In this document: piece after piece, positions 23,803-35,371 of the stretch | How the letters are laid out: every line of letters starts with the position of its first letter | How positions within the stretch are numbered: position 1 is the stretch's first letter | NCBI RefSeq assembly: GCF_000143415.4 | Contig: NW_003314338.1 | Location: 124,001 to 188,000 of the forward strand | Direction of reading: 5' to 3' | DNA: 64,000 nucleotides | From: Selaginella moellendorffii | Taxonomy: Eukaryota; Plantae; Lycopodiophyta | Position numbers and translations under genes: made by a program | The notes under the pieces: model-generated | What the model saw: the letters and a program-made list of their open reading frames with translations, nothing else | Database searches by the model: none | Told to the model about the DNA's origin: nothing

Positions 23803-25855
23803 CGTGGTGATGGTTTGGAATATGAGGAAACTCATATTTCGGTGGTCATGGACTCTCAATGAGGAGATTGGCTTGGACACACCGCCAAACGGGGGATGCC
23901 CCGGAGTCATGATGCAGGGTTAGATTGCTTAGAGTGAAACCTCGGCATATTTAACTTGAACACTTTGGTGCAAAGGGCACCAAGGACGTGGTGAATGAGA
24001 TGGGGACACCCAAGTCTTAGTTGCTATGGATCCTTGGCTGGAAGGGCTGGCTTGGGCGCACCGCCAAGTGTGGGGGATGCTCCCGGGGTCATAGTCAACA
24101 ACTTAGAAAGGTCTGGAAGACCTAGTTTCTATTGGTAGACCTATTAAGGGGTCAAGATGAGATCACTAAGTGATCTTGTGGCTAAACAAGGACAAAGTCT
24201 TTGTTTGGGTTAAGGAATATGATTCCTAGTTCAAAGTGTTGATTTGAACTATTGATAAAAGTGTGGCTTGGTCAAGGTGACCAAGTGGGAAGAACACCTA
24301 AGGGAAATGAGCTATGTCAATGCTATGGTATAGTAAGTCCAAGGAAAGTAGTCTCTATAAGAGATCCAAGGGAGGGTTTCAAAAGGTTGAGCTGTGATAG
24401 AGCCCATGACAGAAAATGTTAAAGAGACGTACTAGGGGTGAACACCCTCTGGAGTTAGCAAAGCAAGGTGTTTGCTATGGAACCCAAAGGAAACCTCAAA
24501 AATGGAGGTAGCAATCCTATGTTGCTGGGTGCAACAATCAAGGATAGGAGCAAAATACTAGTGGCTAAGAAAAGAGCCATGGGAATCATGGGAAAGAGTC
24601 CAAATGGCAAAGTTAGGCCAAGAACACTAATGTGTTAGGTGCTAATGGATTGTGGGAAAGGCAATGTTTCCCCAAGGATGGATTCCCAACCACTCCAATT
24701 TGGCGAAAGTGGATGCTCCAAAGGGGGGAGCGGTAAGGTAGCCAAATAATAGGGCCGTGGGCAGCCTTAGCACCAATTATGATAATTGGAACTTGGTGCC
24801 AAAGATGGCACGATATCGAAGAGAGGGTGATGGTACCCTCAAGTAAAGAACTTCCTAGGATAGGGAAGTGGAGTTGCACCATGTGCAACATAGGGTGTCG
24901 GAGACACTTAGGAAATTGACTCTGAGAAGTCAAAATTAAAAGTTCCAAAGTTCAAAGGTGATGTCGATGGAATCTAAGACTACTCGAGAATGAGTAGTGG
25001 AATTGAGATAGAGACGGTGTCTCAAACCGGTTTAGTGAGAACTAAACCAATAAAAGGAGAGAACCACCTCAAGTGGTCGAATGAGCCTCTAAGTTGGAGA
25101 GGCTATGCTCCTTAGAGAATGGACAAGGCATGGTGAGCCTTCGGTGTCAAACCATAGACAAACATTGGCTGGGTGCTAAGGATAGAAATAGTAATACATG
25201 TGGGTGTTACTTTCTAAAAGGGTTTACCGTTCGATGAGGACATTGAACTTCGTCTATGGGTGGTGGAGTTGTGAGACACAAAATCCCTAGGCCCCAAAGT
25301 GGAGCCGGAAGGGTGCCATGTGGTAGTGGTTGAAGCGAAAGCCAAACGAGCGTAACACATTTGGACTAAAAGCTTCAACTTGAAAGGTCGAGAGCGGGAG
25401 TGGAACTCCAACAAAGTGCTCGAAGAACAAGCATGAAGCGAGCAATAAGCGAGGCTCCAAAAAGGGACCCAAAAGGACCAACACATGACACGTGGAAGTG
25501 TCTGAGATGGAGTCTGAGATGGACCCGAGTTGGAGTCCGAGATGGACCGAGACGGACTCCGAGATGGAGTCCGAGGTGGAGTCCGAGATGGAGTCTGAGG
25601 TGGAGTCCGAGGTGGAGTCCGAGGTGGAGTCCGAGGTGGAGTCCGAGATGGAGTCCGAGGTGGAGTCTAAGGTGGAGTCCAAGATGGAGTCCAAAATGGA
25701 CCGAGATGGAGTCTGAGATGGACCCGAGATGGAGTCCGAGATAGACCAAGATGGAGTCCGAGATGGACCGAGATGGAGTCCGAGATGGACCCGAGATGGT
25801 GTCTGAGATGGACCGAGATGGAGTCCGAGATGGACCCGAGATGGAGTACGAGATG

Positions 25856-27369
25856 GTGATTAATTTTTCCATTCTACTTTAGTCACTTAACCACACCTCC
25901 GACCACTTGGAGGAGTCTCATTCACAACCCCCATAAGTCCTATTCCAGACTTGGGCATGCTAGCCCCAAAAATGGCATCCCCGCCACTCAACCTTTGCAC
26001 TTGGCCCAAGTGCTCCACATGTCTGATCCCATGACTGACACCCAAACGTACCACTAACATATCGACCCATTATGCTAAGGCCATGCCCATTCACCTTTGT
26101 TGCACTGGTGTTCTAATACCACTTGCATCATAGTCCTGCCTCTCCAAGACTAGCATCCATCCATGAGTGGTCATCCCAGATCCACTCCTTAGCATCCTTA
26201 GGATGCCCATAGACATGGGGAATAACCTTCCCCAATATCCCTTTGTTAGTTCCTACCAAGTCCCTTTTTTGTCCATGGCCATGTTCACCAACACTGCCAC
26301 TAGATCAAGGCCCGCAAGCCCGGCCACTAAGTCCCATTGTCCTTTGTGACTTCCTCACCACATGGCTGTATCCTTAGTCACCACACTAGAGGATTGCTCC
26401 TCCTCCTTTCCCTAGTTTGGGACTTCGGGACAACTATTCGGAACACTATGGCCTTATGCAAGCCCCGTGGGTACTCTCCCCACCTTCCACCTTTAGGTGC
26501 TCTAGCTATGGGCTTGAAGCGAGGTTCCATTGAGCCATGCAAGGTATCCAATTAGGTATTGCCACCCACACTTGGACTGTGAGCATCGGCCATTTGATCT
26601 CCCAAAGGAACTAGAGCCGACTCTTGAACACTTCACCAAGCTACCCCGCTTGTTGGTCCGTATTCACTCTAGTCTTGGACTTCCCAGTGGATATCCCATC
26701 ACCCAACACTTGGGCACAGCCTTCCTAGGTCAAACTAGCCTTTCCTAGCCAAACTGGCTCCACTAGAGTCCTCCCCCTACTATACTTTTGGAGCTCACCA
26801 AACCCCCTAGGGTCTGGGAGATGAACGCTTTGGGCTTTCACCCTCTCAGACTCGGACTCTATCTTGGGTCCATCTCAGTCCATCTCAAACTCCATCTCGG
26901 ACTCCATCTCGGGTCCATCTCGGGTCCTTCTCGGACTCCATCTCGGGTCCTTCTCGGACTCTATCTTGGATTCCATCTCGGGTCCATCTCGGACTCTATC
27001 TGGGGTCCATCTCGGGTCCATCTCGGACTCTATCTGGGGTCCATCTCGGGTCCATCTTGGACTCCGGACTCCATCTTCGGTCCATCTCAGACTCCATTTT
27101 GGACTCCATCTCGGGTCCATTTCAGACTCTATCTCGGACTCCTTCATGTGTCATATGTTGGTCCTCTTGTGTCTCTTTTCTAGAGACTCACTTATTGCTC
27201 ACTTCATACTTGTTTCTCGAGCACTTCATTGGGAGTTCCACTCCCGCTCTCGACCTTTCAAGTTAGAGCTTTTAGTCCAAACGTGTTATGCTCATTTGGC
27301 TTTCGCTGCGGCCACTACCAGTAGCACCCTTTTGGCTCCACTTTGGGGATTAGGGATTTGTGTCTCACA
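25856..27369 (-). mobile_element. Family B LTR in inverted orientation abutting B1
   Basis: GTGATTAATTTTTCCATTCTAC...GGGATTTGTGTCTCACA; first few LTR bases missing; no PBS, PPT or TSD found. Confidence 0.88.
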
Positions 27370-27578
27370 AGTAAAGCATTGCTAAAAAGCTTTGCCCTTC
27401 AAGGACAAATTATAATGCCCCTCACCTCTATCAAAATGAGTGCTTGGGATGTAGGAATAAGTATATTAATTGAGGTTTAGACCCTTGCTTATATATAAGA
27501 ATGGATGGACTAGATTCAGTCTCAAATAGATGATTTATATGTTATTGTACTATAATTAGTGTATTACCTAGCTAAACT

Positions 27579-27593
27579 AATACATACATATAC

Positions 27594-27630
<37 letters not shown>

Positions 27631-27790
27631 TATACACATACATATATATATACATAAATATACATATATATATATATATACATATACATACACATATACA
27701 TATACATATACATACATATACATATACATATATACATATATACATATACATACATACACACACACAGATATACATATATATATGTGTCTG

Positions 27791-27854
<64 letters not shown>

Positions 27855-27858
27855 CACA
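27579..27858. repeat. Compound microsatellite (TA/TACA/CATATA)n-(TC)n-(TA)n
   Basis: Visible directly. Confidence 0.97.
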
Positions 27859-28500
27859 CTTGGGATGAAAGATTCCTTAGTGGTTAGCTAAGATCATTAC
27901 AAGTTCTGGCATGAGATGTTTGCCTAGTTTGGGAAGATGAGAATGGATATGAACAAGAAATATGGCTGTATTGTTTTAGGGTAGAATCTCACTAGTGCTC
28001 CATAAGGAAACTCATAAACTAACCCAAAAGGCCCTTTGTTTTACAAGATTAGCTTAGGGTGTATAGATATTATTCGTTAAAAGACCACTATGTGATTCTT
28101 TCTAAGCAAGAGTGCAAGGTTCCATCTTGTTGCCTGCTATAAAAACACTATAATAGAATATATGAATTTTATACCATATAATAGAAAAATAAAATAAAAA
28201 ATAGAAATAGAAGTACTTTCAGCCAAAAAGAAATTCAGCCTCCACTAAGATCACTCAATTCTGGAAGATTCAGTATGACACGAACCACAGGAATATTCCA
28301 AGAATATTCCATGGCCTGTGTAATGCCTTAAGGGTTGGGAGGTTGGCCTAGGGTTCGCTCTCTTGTTCGTTTCATTGGTATCCAAGCAGCACGTTCTTTT
28401 GGGGATGGCAGATGAGCATGATGTTGATCCTGATGAGGAGTATAGCGTTAGTGATGATGGCCATAACGATGAAGAAGAGACTCTTGATGATGTCGTTGTG

Positions 28501-30093
28501 TAGATTTCAAGGTGAACAATCCGAATCTAAATCAGAGGAGGCGTGATGGCATGTGGCCTTACGCCATTCCTAGGTGAGATGATACAAATAACAAGTATAA
28601 ATTCTTAGTTGTTCTAGCAAATCTTACTTAAAGTTCAAGGTGAACAAGCCGAATATGAATTCATCGGATTGTTATAACAAATTGCGAGGTGATGGCATGA
28701 GGCGATACGCCATTTGAGAGTGGTAGCCATTCCTATATGAGGTGAGTGAAATATTTATTAGAAATACCTCATTCAATTGTGCACTTCTAAGTCTTGGTCC
28801 ACTCAGTATTGTTTACATGTTTCTATTTTAATTCTTTCTCTAAAATGTTATTTAGCATGTGGCTTCATGCCATTGCTCTCCACAATCATGCATTGAATTT
28901 TTCTATCCTTGCATAATACTTCTCCATATATATAGCATGTGCGCACATGTGATATGGTTCATTAGGCCTGATATAGTGTGTGAGGTAAAACAAAGATGAT
29001 GTGACATATGCATTTACCAATCACACATGCATAAATCTAATAATATGGCGTGTGGCCCATATTAATGGCACATAAACCCATATTGTGGGCTTACATGCTT
29101 TATGTACCATCATTCCCTTGCAGCGTGTGTGTTGGTTTCCTTTTATAACACAACGAACTCCATATTTTAGGGTGAAGAGCGTTCTCATGGCAAGCACAAA
29201 ATCTGTAAGTGAGGCAGAAAAGGAGACGGAGAAGGAGATAGGTGAAGATGTAGAATATATAAGTCTTCCAAACTCCCCAGGTGATCATTTTTCTGAACAA
29301 ACGGCAATATTAACAACTATCGAGAACGCCCCAGTAACGTCAGAGACAACAATCCAAAGCAAAACAACTGACCCGGAGAAGGATGATAGTACCGCTGAGA
29401 GTACCAAAAAGGAGGTGTCCACTAGCGCTTAGGCTTATAATGGCGTGTGCCCTCATGCCATTTACTTGATCACCAAATACCTTTTTCCCTTTGCACTAGT
29501 ATATCTTAATACCGGTTTGAGAAATAGAATGGCATGTGCCCTCAAGCCTTTTACTAAATCACCTTTGAAAGAAATGCAAGCCTCTATGTCGTAAAAAAAA
29601 GGTAGTAGAGAAATTCCTTAATAATATAAATGTTATTTAGTTTCATGAAAATACACTAAGGGTCAAATGAGTTAAATGACTTCTCCAGACTAGCAATGCC
29701 TCTTGCTACACCTTCACAATTAGATTCGTTAGAAAAAGATAACATTGAATAATATATAAATGTTCTCACCATTAAGTTATATGTCTGGCTAATAGGAATG
29801 ACGTTCATCTTGGAAAGCTCACCACACGCTCAATGAACAAACAAATAGTGTGTGCATGCATGCCATTGCTCTTCTTTAGCTTCAGATTCGGCTTGTTCAC
29901 CTTGACAATGAGATTTATTATACAACCAGATGGACTCAGTCTGGACACAAAGTCACCGCGCTAGTCACCATGCCCCAGATATGTCTAGCCCCTGGACAAA
30001 AAACATATAATTTCACGTCATTTTCAAATACTTGAAAATTTGTACCTAGTCCCATTTTACTGAATAAATCCCACTTTAATGAAATAGAGCTTA
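28501..30093. mobile_element. Unidentified element D copy 2, inserted in C gag
   Basis: TCAAGGTGAACAAKCCGAAT at 28506 and 28635 and inverted at ~29881-29905. About seven ATGGCRTG..CAYGCCAT hairpins. Same 25-bp terminus as copy 1. Exon-like segment at 29172-29432. Confidence 0.55.
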
Positions 30094-31240
30094 TTAGGGA
30101 AGTCAGAGAAACAACACCAACATGGTGGATAGCCAAGGAAAAGGTGATATATACGGCAACTCAAGACCAGGTGAAGTGTGTTGTCTTTGAAGTCGGTGGC
30201 AGGTCGACTATTACCATACAAGGTGCCTAAGGAAAGTCCACGACCGGACATGTCAAGAGCAGAGCTGATACGAGTTATAAAAATGGATAAGAAAACAGCA
30301 ACAATGGACCCAAAGATATCGGAAGGCCTGGTAGCTAGGATGTACTGGTTCAGGCAACAAAAACTAAGTGAGCTGACCTGGGATCCAACGGAATGGAATT
30401 GGCAGGGGCGGAAAAAAGAAGAGCTCTTTGCGTACAAAACAAGATTGGGAAGAAGGCTCATTCGCCCGCACAGTGGCTCGCTACTAATATCAAGGATGAA
30501 ACGAGCTCACATACAAGACAGGATGCAACAAGAGACTTTAAAAGGACTATGGAAGGGACGGTGGGCAGCAAAAACAAGATATTTTATGTGGTTGACAATG
30601 CAAGACTGGCTACCATCTAAGCAGAATACATCTCTTGGACCAAACATGCAATAAATGTGGAGTGAGGGAGACACAAAGGCACATACTATGGGAATGTGAA
30701 AGCACACAAGATGTGTGGAGAAGCACGTGCTGGCTGCTGCAATGACACTCCCAGAGAAAAGTGTGCCTCACGTACGAAGCAGCAGTGTGGGGCGAAGCTG
30801 CTACAGGAATGAGAAATGGAACAGACTCTTGGAAATGGTCCTCAAAAGAAGAAGAGGCACCGCGGTTCGATCAGCTCAACACAAGGAGAACAGACACAGA
30901 GGGAATTCCATCAGAGATAGTGGATCTATTGCGTGGAATTACAATGTGGGAAGTATGGAAAGCCGGGTGCAATAGGATTTTCAACGACAAGGAAGAAGGA
31001 CCAAGGGTGGTGGCGTCACGGGTCTGGACTAGAATGATAACTGCAGCAGCAGCCCGTGTCCTACAGCTGGAAAACAAAGGAGGGAGAAATGGTCCAGAAA
31101 AAGCAAAAAAAGAGGCACAAATCTGGCATTTTTTGTGGAAGCAAGGGGAGGCAGGTACTCGGGAATGGATGTCAACACCGCCGGACAAATGGTTCCAGGT
31201 GTCCAAGGATGCCAGATTTCTGAGGTTCAGAGAGACATAA
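30094..31240 (+). mobile_element. L1-type LINE ORF2 3' fragment (zf-RVT region), frameshifted
   Basis: LKGLWKGRWAAKTRYFMWLTMQDWLPS, then CNKCGVRETQRHILWECE, then MWEVWKAGCNRIFN. These are typical plant L1 C-terminal motifs. Confidence 0.8.
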
Positions 31241-33878
31241 AGGAGGTTAAGGATTCCATCAATCTCATTAAAGATTTCTTGCTTCATATGGACCCTCAAG
31301 GGTTGAATCGATCTCATGTCCGTGATTACCATTGGTACGTCAAGCATGCCAAGGATTATGGTATCGTGGAATGGAAATCATCACCGGATGTTTGTGATAG
31401 TCAAGAGGTTGATTCTTGGTTAAAATTGTGGGAAAGTTGTTGGTCTCACAATCCTTGTGAGGATAAGGTGAAGATAGTTTTTTTGTGACGAAGCTTATGG
31501 GCCATGCTTCTTCGTGGTGGAAGAACTACATCAAAGCTAATCTAAAGCCGACTTCTTGGACTGATTTGACAAAGGTTTTCCGCACTTTGTTTGTCAAGAA
31601 GTTTGAAGAGGTTGATCTCGTGAACCAGTTGTTAGAGATCCAACAGGGGACTTTGTCTTTGGATGCGTATGCCCGCAAATTCTGTGATCTTTGCCTTAGT
31701 CTCACGGGCACCTATAATGAGCTGCTAAAGGTGCAATGTTTTATCAAAGGATTGAGTTTAGTGGATATGCAGCAAAAGGTTAAGAAGGATTTTCTAGCAA
31801 CATTGACTGATGCTATCACTAAGGCTCAAATCTTTTCGCCCGAACCATCAGTCAACTCGGTCAATTCTGGTCAACAGGATGATCTATAGTGTGGTCAACG
31901 TGATGACCAGCTCACCAATGCTTCATATTCGGGGAAGAAACAGCCGTTGTTCCGTTGTGGCTTGAAGAATGAAGATGGTAATTAGGCAAAAGGACATCGG
32001 TTGGACCAACAAGAGAAGGACAAGGTGGTGGGCAATTGTTTTTGTTGCCACAGGGTTGGACATCATAGCAAGGATTGTTTTGAAGGGGTCAATGAATGAT
32101 AAGATGATTGTGGTGGAAATTATAGGTAATGATGTAAGTGATAGTGCTTTTGGGGCCATATTGCTTCAAGTTAGGCATTCTCTTGCATTCATGAGTCACA
32201 AGTTTGATGCCACACAGCAGAATTGACCTACTTGAGAATGGCGACATTCTCTATATAGATCGGACTTCCATGTGGATTCAAACCATCAGTCTCTCCAATG
32301 TTTCAGTCAACAAAAGGATCTTTGAGGCCGTCTTGCTCATTGGCAAGAGTTCCTACAGGAAATGTTTGTTAAGATCCGGTACAAGCATGGAGGTGACAAT
32401 AAGGTGGCTGATGCGTTATCCAGGATGGTAAATTCTATCTCGTTCGTGAAGCTATCCAGCAATCTTTTTGGATGAGCTTAAGGAGTTTGTTGACTTCGAC
32501 TCCTTTATCACTGATATTCGCGCGAAGGTTTTGTTGAGGGACACCTCTACAGATTTGAAGGGTGACAAGTTTGCGTCATTCGAAATATGAGATGGAATTC
32601 TAATGAAGAAGGGATGTGTAGTGGTTCCTCGTGTTGACAAACTCATCAAACGGATTTTGGTTGAGTGTCATGATGTGCCAAGTGCTGGGCATCCGGGGGT
32701 ATTGAGAACATATATGTTGGTGAAGAAGCATTTCTTTTGGCATGGGATGAAGTCAGATGTTGAGAAGTACATACGTAGTTGTTTGACCTGCCAGGTGGTC
32801 AAAGTTGATCATCAGAAGCTCGCTAGCCTCTATCATCCTTTACGTGTACCCGAGAATAAGTGGAATAGCATCTTGATGGACTTTATCACTGGTTTGCCCA
32901 AAACCTTTCGAGGAAATGATGCTATTTGGGTTGTTGTGGATCGTTTGACGAATATGGCTCACTTCTTCTCTGTGAAGACAACGATAAAAGCTTCTAAACT
33001 TGCTTAGTTGTTTGTAGACCAGTTATTCAGTCTCTATGGTTTGCCGGGTGACATTGTGAGTGATCGGGATCCTAAGTTCACATCCAAGTTTTGGCAAACG
33101 GTCTTTGAAAAACTAGAGACTAAACTGAGCATGAGTAGTGGTGAGCATCCACAATTTGATGGGCAGACAGAGCACATGAATCAGCTATTAGAAAATATGC
33201 TATGGCCTTTTGTGGGAAATTTGACTCGACAGGGAGTATGGGAGAGATACTTGCCTTTGCTTCAGTTTGCTCACAATAGCGCTTATCAATTGGCTATTGG
33301 CATGTCTCCTTTTATGGTGATGTATGGCTATGAGCCTAGGTCTCCTGTGAGTTTGAATTTGGCTTTGGTTCGGGTTCCTCATGCTTGTGATTTCCTGAAG
33401 GATATGCAAGACAAGCTTGAGTTGGCAAAATTGAACATGAGGCAAGCTCAAGAACGAGACAAAAGATTGGCTGATGAGCATCGTCGTCATCAAAAGTACA
33501 AAGTTGGTGACAAGGTTTTCCTTAAGTTGTCGGATGCACAACGGTCTCTAAAAGGAGGTGGCAATGTTAAGTTGTCTCCACGGTATTGTGGGCCTTGGAC
33601 AATTTTACAGTGTGTGGGGGATCTTGCATACATTTTGGACTTGCCAGTTAGTTCGAAGATTCATCCAACATTCCATGTGAGCAAGCTTAAAGCATGTTTG
33701 CACTCTAGTGATATCATGGATCAATCCATCATCCAGGTTTTAGAGATTAATGCAAAGAAGGCTGGTCCAGCCAATATTCTTACTCAAAGATTGTTAAAAA
33801 CACGCCGGAAAACAACTAGGGAGTTGTTAGTTCAATGGAATGGTTATTCCATGGACGAAGCTACATGGGAAACTGAGG
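31241..33878 (+). pseudogene. Element C gag (capsid, zinc knuckle), RNase H, integrase and start of chromodomain; protease and RT absent
   Basis: GHASSWW..PTSWTDLTKVF..IQQGTLSLDAYARKF; CX2CX4HX4C at 32037-32078; DVSDSAFGAIL; ECHDVPSAGHPG..CLTCQ; MDFITGLP..VVVDRLT; DIVSDRDPKF; RYCGPW; HPTFHVS; LLVQWNGYSMDEATWE. Confidence 0.95.
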
Positions 33879-35371
33879 TGTAAGCAACTAAATTTTCCAT
33901 TCTACTTTAGTCACTTAACCACACCTCCGACCATTTGGAGGAGTCTCATTCGCAACCTCCATTAGTCCAATTCAGGACTTGGGACTTGCTAGCCCCAAGA
34001 ATGGCATCCATGCCACTCAACACTTGCACCTAGTCCAAGTGCTCTATGTGTCCGGTCCGAAGACCGACACCCAAGGTACCACTGACATCTCGGCCCGTTA
34101 CGCTAAGGCCATGCCCATTCACCTTTGCTGCACTAGTGGTCCAATACCACTTGCATCACCATCCCGTCTCTCCAAGACTGGGCCATCTGTTCACGAGTGG
34201 TCATCCTAGATCCACTCCTTAGCATCCTTAGGATGCCCACAGACCTGGGAAATCGCCTTCCCCAAAGTCCCTTTGTCAGTTCCTACCACGTCCCTTTCTG
34301 CCCCTGGCCGTGTTTACCAACACTGCCACTGAATCAAGGCCCACAGGCCCGACCACTAAGTCCCATGGTCCTCTGGGACTTCCTCACCACACGACTGTGT
34401 CCTTGGTCACTACCCCAGAGGACTGCTCCTCTTCCTTTCCACAGTCTGGGCCTTTGGGACGACATTTCGGAACACCGTGGCCTTACGCGAGCCACCTGGG
34501 TACTCTCCCCACCTATCGCCTTTAGGTGCTCTAGCCATGGGCTTAGAGCGAGGTTCCGTTGAGCCACGTCTGGTATCCAAGTAGGTAGTGCCACCCACAC
34601 TTGGACTGGGAGCATCGGCCAGTCGATCTCCCGGGGGAACTAAAGCCGGCTCTTGAACACTTCACCAAGCTACCCCGCTTGTCGGTCCGTATTCACTCTA
34701 ATCTTGGACTTCCCAGTGGTCAGTTCATCACCCAACACTGGGTCTGGCCTTCCTGGGCCAAACTGGCCTTTTCTGGCCAAACTGGCTCCACTGCAGTCCT
34801 CCCCCTACTATACTTTTGGAGCTCACCAAACCCCCCAGGGTCTGGGAGACGAACACTTTGGGCTTTCACCCTCTCAGACTCGAACTCAGACTCGGACTCG
34901 GACTCGGACTCAGACTCGGGCTCGGGCTCGGTCTCGGCCTCGGCCTCGGTCTCGTTCTCGGTCCCGATCTTGGTCTTGGTCTCGGTCTCGGTCCCGGTCT
35001 CGGTCTCGACTTCGGACTCCATCTCGGACTCCATCTCGGACTCCATCTCGGACTCCATCTCGGGTCCATCTCGGACTCCATCTCGGGTCCATCTCGGACT
35101 CCATTTCGGGTCCATCTCGGACTCCATCTCGGGTCCATCTCGGACTCCATCTCGGACTCCATTTCGGGTCCATCTCGGGTCCACCTCGGACTCCATTTTG
35201 GGTACATCTCGGACTCCATCTCGGGTCCATCTTGAACTCCATCTCGGACTCCATTTCGGGTCCATCTCGGGTCCACCTCGGACTCCATCTCGGACTCCAT
35301 TTCGGGTCCATCTCGGGTCCACCTCGGACTCCATCTCGGACTCCATTTCGGGTCCATCTCGGGTCCATCTC

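Larger units (their letters stand above)
19561..25855 (+). mobile_element. Family B element B1 (non-coding, LARD-like); 3' LTR truncated
   Basis: 5' LTR at 19561-21033 (TGTGAGACAC...GTCGCTTACA). PBS TGGTATCAGAGC at 21037-21048. ~4.2-kb interior without gag/pol ORF. PPT-like GGGTGGTGGAGT at 25258-25269. 3' LTR starts at 25270 and breaks inside its array. Confidence 0.9.

Noticed and set aside
25855-25859. GGTGA matching B1's left flank as a TSD
   Set aside because: The 3' LTR is truncated here, and GTGAT is equally explained as the decayed GCGAC start of the adjacent inverted LTR.
27564-27859. Tyr/Ile/Met-rich ORFs
   Set aside because: Translations of the microsatellite.
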